DNA of 64,000 nucleotides, taken from the NCBI GenBank assembly GCA_016783155.1, contig JADHXB010000001.1, forward strand, positions 1,228 through 65,227. The letters are read 5' to 3'. The stretch is from Dehalococcoidia bacterium (lineage in GTDB: Bacteria > Chloroflexota > Dehalococcoidia > GIF9 > UBA5629). Each line of letters starts with the position of its first letter. The first letter of the stretch is position 1. The position numbers and the translations under genes were made by a program. Below are positions 56,784 through 64,000 of this stretch, piece by piece. The notes beneath the pieces were generated by a model. That model did not search any database and was not told the origin of the DNA. It saw nothing but the letters and a program-made list of their open reading frames with translations.

Positions 56784-59771
56784 CTACCCCGTCCATTTCT
56801 CGATTTGCACAAGGCAAGAATTTGCGGCAAAGCTATGCGATTTTTTGATCATTGGCCGACTTGGGGTCAATATATTCATACATCCGCCACGATCTGGTGA
56901 AAGCCCTGGCTCACCTATCGGATCATATATTGCCGCGGATTCATATGAGTGAACAGTCCCGGGGGGAACCCTTTCGGTCACCTGGGCCGCACAGATAACG
57001 GCACCCCGGTCATTGAACACCTTGACCAGGGCGCTCTCTTTGATTCCACGCGCCTCAGCATCCTTCGAGTTGATCCGCACAATCCAGTAGTAATAACCAT
57101 CAATCGGTACTCTGTGGTCCTTTATATCGTTGATCCAGCTATCTTTACCATCGCCCATAGTATGAAAGCTGTACCTTGGATGAGGGGTTATCAATTGCAA
57201 CGGGTACTTTTGAAACAGTTCAGTGGTATGATGACCCTCCCAAGAGGGAATGTATTTGGTCATAACCGGTCTCTCCGGGTCGTCAGGATCGAACCGTTTC
57301 AGGCTGGAACATACAAATTCCAGCTTGCCCGATTGTGTCTGAAGCCCTCTAAATACTTGTTCGGTGTAGTCAGCCGGTAATGGTGCTATCTCCGGTGTGT
57401 CTTTTAGTCTGTCCTCCGCAAACCACCTAAAGGAGACAGGATGTCTTAACTCCTCCTTGGGTGCGGGGACGACATAGTAGCCCTTCTTCAGGAACTTCTT
57501 CCACGACATGACCTTTGGAACATCTGTGGCATCAAATAATCGCTTGCACCAGTCAAATTCAGTTACACCCTCGGAAAATATAGCAGCAAATCCCAGCCTC
57601 TTCGCCAGCTCAAGAAAAATCTGGAAGTCTGATTTTGATTCGCCTAAAGGTTCGATGCACTTGTGCTGCATGAGGATAACACGATGGTTGCACTGATTGA
57701 AGCTATGCTGGACATATCCGCCGCAGTTAGCAAATTCGCTGATATCCCATCGCTCAAAGCTAGTGCAAGCAGGTAGTATAATATCGGCAAATTTGGCTTC
57801 ACCTTCAAACCAGATGGACTGGTTGACTACAAACTCCAAATTGTCGGACCGGTATGCCCTCACATAGCGGTTTGTCTCAGGCATGGTGCCGATATGAGAG
57901 CCTCCGTATTTATAGTACATCTTGATTGGCGGATAGCCAGGTGCCGGATAGTCAAACCTAAGGAACTGGCCTTCAATTGTCTTCGAGTCAGTGGGATAGC
58001 CGTAGGTGTGGCCATCCAGGATTGCCTCTGGAATATTCAGCCGAGGCACCCGCTGATACACCGTGTTAACAGTGGGGAGCTGTGGGAACCGCGAGAAAAG
58101 ACTAACGCCAAGCGCAGTAGCAGCTAGGTCTCCTGACATGCCTCCCTCGGCATAACCCGGGAAATAAAAGCTGGTGTCGAGCGGTGTTCCTTGCTGCATA
58201 CCGCCCATGTTTACTCCGGGTTTGCCCAAGCCCTGCATAGCCATAAGGCAGACCATAGAACGAGCCCATTCATTACCAGTGGCACAGCGGCAGGCGCTGC
58301 CGAAACCGGTTATTCCTCCTGCTGCCAGGTAAGTCCTTTTGGTTCCCCATTCTCTAGCCAGAGCCCTGACATCTTTGGCCGGAATTCCAGCCTCATTTTC
58401 TTGCCATTCAGGAGTCTTGGGGGTTCCGTCTTCTTTGCCCAATATATAGTCTTTCCATTCGTCAAACCCAATCGTATGCCTGGCAACATACTCTTTGTCG
58501 TAAAGACCCTCGGTAATCCAGACATAGGCAATTGCCAAGGCTAGAGAATTACCTGTTGCCGGCCTGGGAGCAAACCACTTGCCGCCGAATAGAGCTGCTG
58601 TATGGTTATAGAATGGATCTATATGTACCATCTTGATACCCAGTTCTTTCAACCATTGACGGCGGACGGTGCCTTCAAAGGCACCGTAGACACCGCTGGT
58701 AGCTTCCGGATCGCTCGACCAGAATACCACCATTTCACATTCTTTAAGGCAATCTTCAACCGTGCCATAGCTCTCTGGGGCACCAAGCCGCATACTGTGC
58801 CCCCAGTGATGCATGGCTCCCCAGTACCATCCCTCCCAGCTGTCCGGATTATGGACGACAGGGGTCCAGCCAACGTTATTAAAAAATCTCAGTCTGATGC
58901 CTAGCCAGTAGCCCAAGTTTCCCCACAAGTGGTGAGACCCACTGCCATTCAGAATTGCCCCTGGGCCATAATTCCTTTTCACACGCTTTATCTCATTAGC
59001 GACAACATCGAGCGCCTCTTGCCAACTGATGCGCTTGTAACCTGAGATTCCCCGGTTCTGGCAATTTCTTTCACCATTCGGGTCAAAATCGACTCGTTTC
59101 ATAGGGTATAAAATTCTGTCCGGTGAATAGATCATAGATTTAAATACCAAGGTATGAGGCGAGATGGTTGTTTTGCGTGGAGGAGTAAAAGCCCTGCCTC
59201 TTGCTTTAATGGTCCAGGGTTTAGCATCACTGTTGTCAAACTCAATGGGTGTGATCCGTATAATCCTACCATCTTTCACATAGACAAAGACCGGACCGCC
59301 ATTGGTATTGCTGGTATATCTGATGACATCTTTACCAACCTTCGTTCCATATTTGGTGCCAGCGTTCAGCATTAGACTCAGTGTCTCCATCCACCAGTAA
59401 CTTAACTCATCGGTACCGTCCAACCATAATTGAAAGCTTTTCATAGCATTAACCATGGCCAGCTGGTCGCGGGGCGGCACAAGGATATCAAGAGCTATTC
59501 GGGCGCTTCCGAAAATCATGGTAACATCAGGGCTGGCATAAATACCGCTCTTGGAAATAACCTTACCATCACGGATAGCAAAATACCTGCCACGTGAATT
59601 GTCCTTGAGCTTTATTTGCACAGTCAGATTTTTCTCCTTAAGCCGACTCTTGAAGAACGGAAACCTCATTGCCGTCAGCCCAAACAGCATCCTCACGCCA
59701 AGAAGTACTATTGAAAAGAGCAGGTTTGCCAGTGGCAATGATTTTGATAATGTATTCACTATTGATTTCAT
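56784..59771 (-). CDS. molybdopterin catalytic alpha subunit, transhydroxylase (AthL)-like paralog 2, with ~130-aa N-terminal extension
   Basis: 995 aa. Residues ~135-995 align with the 864-aa paralog (..[23 protein letters not shown]..). ATG at 59771 has an AGAGGG SD. The extension carries a hydrophobic helix and an SCP2-like stretch. No RR Tat motif. Confidence 0.85.
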   Translation of the reverse strand: MKSIVNTLSKSLPLANLLFSIVLLGVRMLFGLTAMRFPFFKSRLKEKNLTVQIKLKDNSRGRYFAIRDGKVISKSGIYASPDVTMIFGSARIALDILVPPRDQLAMVNAMKSFQLWLDGTDELSYWWMETLSLMLNAGTKYGTKVGKDVIRYTSNTNGGPVFVYVKDGRIIRITPIEFDNSDAKPWTIKARGRAFTPPRKTTISPHTLVFKSMIYSPDRILYPMKRVDFDPNGERNCQNRGISGYKRISWQEALDVVANEIKRVKRNYGPGAILNGSGSHHLWGNLGYWLGIRLRFFNNVGWTPVVHNPDSWEGWYWGAMHHWGHSMRLGAPESYGTVEDCLKECEMVVFWSSDPEATSGVYGAFEGTVRRQWLKELGIKMVHIDPFYNHTAALFGGKWFAPRPATGNSLALAIAYVWITEGLYDKEYVARHTIGFDEWKDYILGKEDGTPKTPEWQENEAGIPAKDVRALAREWGTKRTYLAAGGITGFGSACRCATGNEWARSMVCLMAMQGLGKPGVNMGGMQQGTPLDTSFYFPGYAEGGMSGDLAATALGVSLFSRFPQLPTVNTVYQRVPRLNIPEAILDGHTYGYPTDSKTIEGQFLRFDYPAPGYPPIKMYYKYGGSHIGTMPETNRYVRAYRSDNLEFVVNQSIWFEGEAKFADIILPACTSFERWDISEFANCGGYVQHSFNQCNHRVILMQHKCIEPLGESKSDFQIFLELAKRLGFAAIFSEGVTEFDWCKRLFDATDVPKVMSWKKFLKKGYYVVPAPKEELRHPVSFRWFAEDRLKDTPEIAPLPADYTEQVFRGLQTQSGKLEFVCSSLKRFDPDDPERPVMTKYIPSWEGHHTTELFQKYPLQLITPHPRYSFHTMGDGKDSWINDIKDHRVPIDGYYYWIVRINSKDAEARGIKESALVKVFNDRGAVICAAQVTERVPPGTVHSYESAAIYDPIGEPGLSPDRGGCMNILTPSRPMIKKSHSFAANSCLVQIEKWTG

Positions 59772-59946
59772 GATTTGCCCTCTGTAGATTGTTTTGGAGA
59801 CTGCTAGTTCGTGCTTCGGTTACATTTTGCCCACAGGTAAGGCCTTTGTCAAGAAAGGTCTGGGGCTGAGCAAGGCTGTTTACATGCCAAGATTCGCTTG
59901 CTCCACATGTTGCGTCAAATAGAGTGTTGTCGAATAGGCAATTCTT

Positions 59947-60390
59947 CTATCTCTTAAGCACGGCGATTACATCCATTTCAACCAAGAATTCCGGCCTTGC
60001 CAGAGCAGCGGGCTGCATGAAGGTGCTGGCTGGTGGCTGTTCTACCAACAACGGGGCGTGCTTTTGATAATATTCCAATTCCGTCTTCCGCATAACCTTA
60101 TAGTCCTTCACATCTTTAAGGAGCATTAAGGTCTTGATAATATTATTCATAGTACTGCCTACTTCTTCCAGGGTAACTCTGACTTTGTCAAGAACTACTT
60201 TCATCTGCCCCTCCATGTCATTCACCAATGTCTTGCTAGTCTCTATATCCTGAGCAGTCATACCAGAAACAAAGACGAGATTACCGACCACCACAGCTTT
60301 AGCATATATAGGCGATCCAGGCGGCACGTTGGGATAAACCTGTTTCACTCCAGCATAGTGCATAGGATAATGTTTCACTTCCCAATCCAT
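59947..60390 (-). CDS. RidA/YjgF-family (reactive intermediate deaminase-like) protein
   Basis: 147 aa. YjgF/chorismate-mutase-like fold pattern (..AKAVVVGNLVFVSGM.....EMDVIAVL). Confidence 0.7.
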   Translation of the reverse strand: MDWEVKHYPMHYAGVKQVYPNVPPGSPIYAKAVVVGNLVFVSGMTAQDIETSKTLVNDMEGQMKVVLDKVRVTLEEVGSTMNNIIKTLMLLKDVKDYKVMRKTELEYYQKHAPLLVEQPPASTFMQPAALARPEFLVEMDVIAVLKR

Positions 60391-60553
60391 TCTTATAACC
60401 TCCTAGATTTACTTACTATTGGGGCTACTAGGCAAAACACTAGGCTCAAAACAATCAGTGCTACGAAATCTAATGCTCTTTAACAAGAGACTGACATGGC
60501 GACTTCGCTCGCCATGTCAGTCTCCTTCAGCTTCTCTAACGCCAGTAGTTGTT

Positions 60554-61867
60554 TTATGGCAGAGGGAATATTGGCGTATCTTGCGCTGGTAGGAAATCAT
60601 GCTTGGACAGGGTTATCCTCAACTCCCACTTTTCTGGCATGTCCACCTTGAACCACTGGCCGTAGAGGAGCGGTATACGGTTGAAGTGGTCCTTATTGAA
60701 TTTGACTCGATGATTTATTGAAGGCATATCGAGTGTTGGTATAGCCGCATTAATCTTAGTTGTATCAAGAGACCCAGCCTGTTTTATCGCCTCAAGCCCA
60801 ATTTGGACGCATACATAACCATGCCCGATACCTGGGTTCAGTGGTTGCTTTTTCTCCTTAGCCCATCTCTCAGCCAGCGACTTTGGAGTAGTATCCCCGA
60901 TACCCGGACAATTCGTGAATTCAGGGCTCCACCATACTTCTGTACCCACACCCCATGGCAGATCACCACCCCAAGCAGCTACATCTACATAGAACAGGGC
61001 TGCTCTTCCGATAGCAACTATCTTTGGTTCAAAGCCCATACCTATAGCCTGTTTCCACATTGCTCCAAAAACGGGACCAGGGCAATTGCCCCAGAGTATT
61101 TCAACGTTGTTGGCTTTCCACTCCGCGATTACTGAGGAAAAGTCAGTGGTTTCCATAGGCACCAAGCCAAGATTCTTTTCCATACCTATGACATTGCAAC
61201 CGTAGTCTTTAAGCAGTCCTGGGAAGAGTCCATACCAGCCTCTTCCATCGGGCTCATCCGTGGCAAAAACACCTGCCACTTTATTGGTCTGACCACCATA
61301 TATGTCAAGAAATTCAAACCAGGTGTCTTTTATGGTATATCCGGGCTTATCTCTGAAATCCCCCGGGTCTGGTGGGGTTGCAATAGCAAAACCGCTCAAC
61401 CAATTATACTCCCATGGAGGTGTGGCCTCCATCCGCATACCAGCCCACGGTTCCATGGGACCACCCCCAATAATACTCGGAACCTTGTACCTTTCACCAA
61501 CAATAGCTGCAGGAGCCCACATAGGTGCTGGACAATCAGGTGCTGCATAGAAAACAATTTTTTCGCGAGCCATTAAGTCTTCTGCAAGTCCGCCGACCTT
61601 CGCTGGGTCACTTTCACTATCAAGCACAATAAGTTTGACTTTCATTTTCTTGCCGCCAACATCAAGCCCACCCTGTGCATTGATATCATCAACCGCTGCC
61701 TGCATACCAAAGCCATTGCCCTCACCAAAGCCAGTAAACATCCCGGTCATCGGTAACACTGTGCCAATCTTGATTTCTTCTGGTGCTGTTGGCGCAGCAC
61801 AAGCACTGGCGCCCAATGTCCCAGCCACCACGACAACCATCGCCAAAACTACTACTAATTTTTTCAC
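60554..61867 (-). CDS. ABC transporter periplasmic substrate-binding protein (Liv/Peripla_BP_6 family) with signal peptide
   Basis: 437 aa. N-terminus MKKLVVVLAMVVVVAGTLGASACAAP is a signal peptide, possibly lipoprotein. Type-I periplasmic binding fold pattern. Confidence 0.85.
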   Translation of the reverse strand: MKKLVVVLAMVVVVAGTLGASACAAPTAPEEIKIGTVLPMTGMFTGFGEGNGFGMQAAVDDINAQGGLDVGGKKMKVKLIVLDSESDPAKVGGLAEDLMAREKIVFYAAPDCPAPMWAPAAIVGERYKVPSIIGGGPMEPWAGMRMEATPPWEYNWLSGFAIATPPDPGDFRDKPGYTIKDTWFEFLDIYGGQTNKVAGVFATDEPDGRGWYGLFPGLLKDYGCNVIGMEKNLGLVPMETTDFSSVIAEWKANNVEILWGNCPGPVFGAMWKQAIGMGFEPKIVAIGRAALFYVDVAAWGGDLPWGVGTEVWWSPEFTNCPGIGDTTPKSLAERWAKEKKQPLNPGIGHGYVCVQIGLEAIKQAGSLDTTKINAAIPTLDMPSINHRVKFNKDHFNRIPLLYGQWFKVDMPEKWELRITLSKHDFLPAQDTPIFPLP

Positions 61868-62133
61868 AGATTCCCTCCTTTACCTTACTCAGTTGTGGTA
61901 CGTCTCACGTGTCTCAACGAATGAATCCCGTTATCACCCCTCCCTTCTACAATCACTAGCTTTTGCTCCGTTACAAACGCACTAACTGAACCCTGCAAAG
62001 TACAACTATGGATTTAGGTTCTACAAAAGCAGATTTAATGTGGTTTCAAGCTTATACCTTTATCCCAATGTTGTCAAGAGGTCGTATAGTGACTATAATA
62101 TGTCGTGCTACGCCTTAGGCAAGATATTAGAAT

Positions 62134-62853
62134 ATGAACGAACCGATTCTCTCAATTGATGGCATAACCAAGCACTTTGGAGGTATCGTTGCCCTTGAAG
62201 ATGTAAGTTTTGATGTGCAGAGGGGTGAAATCGTGGGCCTGATGGGTCCAAATGGCGCTGGCAAAACAACCCTGCTAAATATTATAGCCGGTGAATACCC
62301 CCCGGACTCCGGGAAAATCAAGTTTAAGGGGCGTGATATTACAGGTTACCCCTCGCATAAAACTTGCCATCTCGGAATTGCCAGGACTTACCAAATTCCC
62401 CAACCGTTTGTTACGCTATCGGTGCGAGATAATCTTCTTGTTTCGGCAATATTCGGCAGACAAGTTAGCAAGGCTGCTGCTGAGCTTGAACATGACAGGA
62501 TCTTTGACCTAGCAGATCTTTCAGAAAAGAAAGACACTCTGACTGGAGAGTTAACCTCTTTAGCTCTTAAGAAGCTGGAGCTGGCCAGGGCTTTAGCCCG
62601 TGACCCGGAGCTGCTACTGCTAGACGAGGTAGCCGCTGGCTTGACCGAACCTGAGATGCCAAGGATATTAGCCACTATAAAAGAAATCCGCAATATGGGC
62701 AAATCCGTTGTCTTAGTAGAGCACGTCATGAAAGTAATGGTTAATGCGGTGGATCGGATTGTAGTTATAGATAAAGGAATGAAAATTTGCGAAGGCAAGC
62801 CAGAAGCAGTAATGAATGACTGCAAGGTAATCGAAGCTTACTTCGGCGCGTGA
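62134..62853 (+). CDS. ABC transporter ATP-binding protein (LivG-like)
   Basis: Walker A GPNGAGKTT, ABC signature LS..., Walker B LLLLDE. Confidence 0.88.
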   Translation: MNEPILSIDGITKHFGGIVALEDVSFDVQRGEIVGLMGPNGAGKTTLLNIIAGEYPPDSGKIKFKGRDITGYPSHKTCHLGIARTYQIPQPFVTLSVRDNLLVSAIFGRQVSKAAAELEHDRIFDLADLSEKKDTLTGELTSLALKKLELARALARDPELLLLDEVAAGLTEPEMPRILATIKEIRNMGKSVVLVEHVMKVMVNAVDRIVVIDKGMKICEGKPEAVMNDCKVIEAYFGA

Positions 62854-62913
62854 TAGGGTTGGTTTTCGTAGAAACTGAAAAAAACGGTGTATTGTTAAAT
62901 CTCTCGAGAAGTA

Positions 62914-63645
62914 ATGCTGAAAGTTAGAGATATAGACGTATTCCACGAGACTTTTCAAGCCCTATGGAATGTGTCACTGGACGTCAGAAAGGGCGAAATG
63001 CTGGCCCTTATTGGCGCCAATACATCTGGTAAATCCACCCTGCTGGACACGATATCAGGTTTGCTACACCCCACTAAAGGCAGCATTGAATTTGAAGGCA
63101 AGGACATCACTAAGCTAGATCCCTACCAGATAGTTGAACTTGGTATAACGCAGGTCCCGGAAGGAAGAGGAATCTTTCCTGAAATGACTGCTTTAGATAA
63201 CCTCGTCATAGGTTCCTATAGTCGCCAAGCCAGGGCTAAGAGAGAACAGAATCTCAAAAAGGTCTATGAGCATTTCCCCATATTAGAAGGAAGAAAGAAG
63301 CAAACAGCCAAAACGCTTAGTGGCGGAGAGCAGCAAATGCTGTCAATTGGACGCGGTTTAATGGCAGACCCCAAACTCATGCTTCTTGACGAAATGTCAC
63401 TTGGTTTGGCGCCTATCATAGTTAATGAACTCTTCAAAGCGTTGAGAGAAATCAGAGAAACTGGCATCACTATTCTTTTTGTAGAGCAGAATGTAAGGAG
63501 AAGCATACAGGAAGCTGATAGAGCATACATATTAGAGAACGGTCGCGTCACACTCAGTGGCACTTCAGCTGAGCTTTGCGAAGAGGAACAAGTCAAAAAG
63601 GCCTATTTTGGTATCACTACAGCTGAGATTTGCGAAGAGAAATAA
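62914..63645 (+). CDS. ABC transporter ATP-binding protein (LivF-like)
   Basis: Walker A GANTSGKST, signature LSGGEQQM, Walker B LMLLDE. Confidence 0.88.
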   Translation: MLKVRDIDVFHETFQALWNVSLDVRKGEMLALIGANTSGKSTLLDTISGLLHPTKGSIEFEGKDITKLDPYQIVELGITQVPEGRGIFPEMTALDNLVIGSYSRQARAKREQNLKKVYEHFPILEGRKKQTAKTLSGGEQQMLSIGRGLMADPKLMLLDEMSLGLAPIIVNELFKALREIRETGITILFVEQNVRRSIQEADRAYILENGRVTLSGTSAELCEEEQVKKAYFGITTAEICEEK

Positions 63646-63697
63646 GTCAAAAAGGCCCGCTCTAGCATATAGGATCCAAAATGATGGTTATATGTAG

Positions 63698-64000
63698 ATG
63701 ACAGATGTAGGCACCCTAGTTTCTCCCATAATAATGGGGATACTCTTAGGTGGGCTATATGCACTCATCGCATTAGGCCTTTCTATGGTCTTTGGGGTCA
63801 TGCGGTTAATAAACCTCGCCCATGGAGACCTTGTCATTCTGGGAAGCTACATAGCCTTTGCTTGCATGACCTATCTCGGGATGGACCCGATCCTTAGCCT
63901 TGTTATAGCCATACCTGTGCTTTTTGGAATAGGTTTCTTCATACAACAATTCCTGATGAGCCGTGCTTTTGCGATATCAGCTGAAGCGCCGTTAATAATT
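63698..64000 (+). CDS. ABC transporter permease (LivH-like), N-terminal part; truncated by window edge
   Basis: Open frame from ATG 63698 to the window end. GLYALIALGLSMVFGVMRLINLAHGD is the typical LivH N-terminus. No stop in window, so it is absent from the ORF track. Confidence 0.6.
   Translation, partial: MTDVGTLVSPIIMGILLGGLYALIALGLSMVFGVMRLINLAHGDLVILGSYIAFACMTYLGMDPILSLVIAIPVLFGIGFFIQQFLMSRAFAISAEAPLII

Noticed and set aside
56784-56817. 34-nt overlap between alpha-2 stop and the ORF-track start of beta-2
   Set aside because: Alignment with beta-1 (MPKWGMIIDIPKC versus MKKWYLIIDIEKC) and an AGGA SD indicate the real beta-2 start is the downstream ATG at 56772. The overlap is an ORF-caller artefact, not a programmed overlap.
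1-64000. CRISPR arrays, insertion sequences, integrases, toxin-antitoxin or defence systems
   Set aside because: No spaced direct-repeat arrays were seen. No transposase or recombinase motifs appeared in any frame of the ORF track. No small paired toxin/antitoxin-like ORFs were found. The accessory character of the window is metabolic.

Overview
This 64-kb window is almost entirely coding (about 57 genes) and reads as a catabolic accessory island of a strict anaerobe, most likely for methoxylated or polyphenolic aromatic compounds. No rRNA, CRISPR array, transposase or integrase was seen.

Main recognisable modules, in window order:
- A split PEP-synthase-like system (PpsB-like ATP-binding protein plus two PpsA-like paralogs, one truncated at the left edge).
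- Three short-chain dehydrogenases (SDRs), two of them a recent tandem duplicate.
- Four paralogous tungsten/molybdenum aldehyde:ferredoxin oxidoreductases (AOR). Two have MoaD-like GlyGly-terminal partners. Each sits next to a different acyl-CoA ligase family (FadD-like, PaaK-like, benzoate-CoA-ligase-like).
- A complete corrinoid-dependent methyltransferase (O-demethylase-type) operon: corrinoid protein, URO-D-family methyltransferase I, MetH-activation-domain-like protein, RACo reductive activase, MtrH-like methyltransferase II.
- A GlcD-GlcF-GlcD-like FAD/Fe-S dehydrogenase cluster.
- Two SCP2 proteins, an Fe-alcohol dehydrogenase, an FrhB-like flavo-Fe-S protein, an SCP-x thiolase + DUF35 pair, and an ACMSD-family (amidohydrolase-2) decarboxylase.
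- An ACT-malic enzyme.
- Two paralogous alpha/beta operons of cytoplasmic molybdopterin enzymes of the pyrogallol-phloroglucinol transhydroxylase type. One alpha carries an unusual N-terminal extension. FmdB- and FmdE-like zinc-ribbon accessory genes flank them.
- A full 2-oxoacid dehydrogenase complex (E1 alpha, E1 beta, E2, E3) followed by lipB and lipA.
- A Liv-type ABC transporter that runs off the right edge.
- A degenerate tRNA-Lys-like fragment next to an XRE regulator, which may mark an old integration boundary.

All functional calls rest on motif and domain recognition in the translated ORFs and on gene neighbourhood. No database search was possible.
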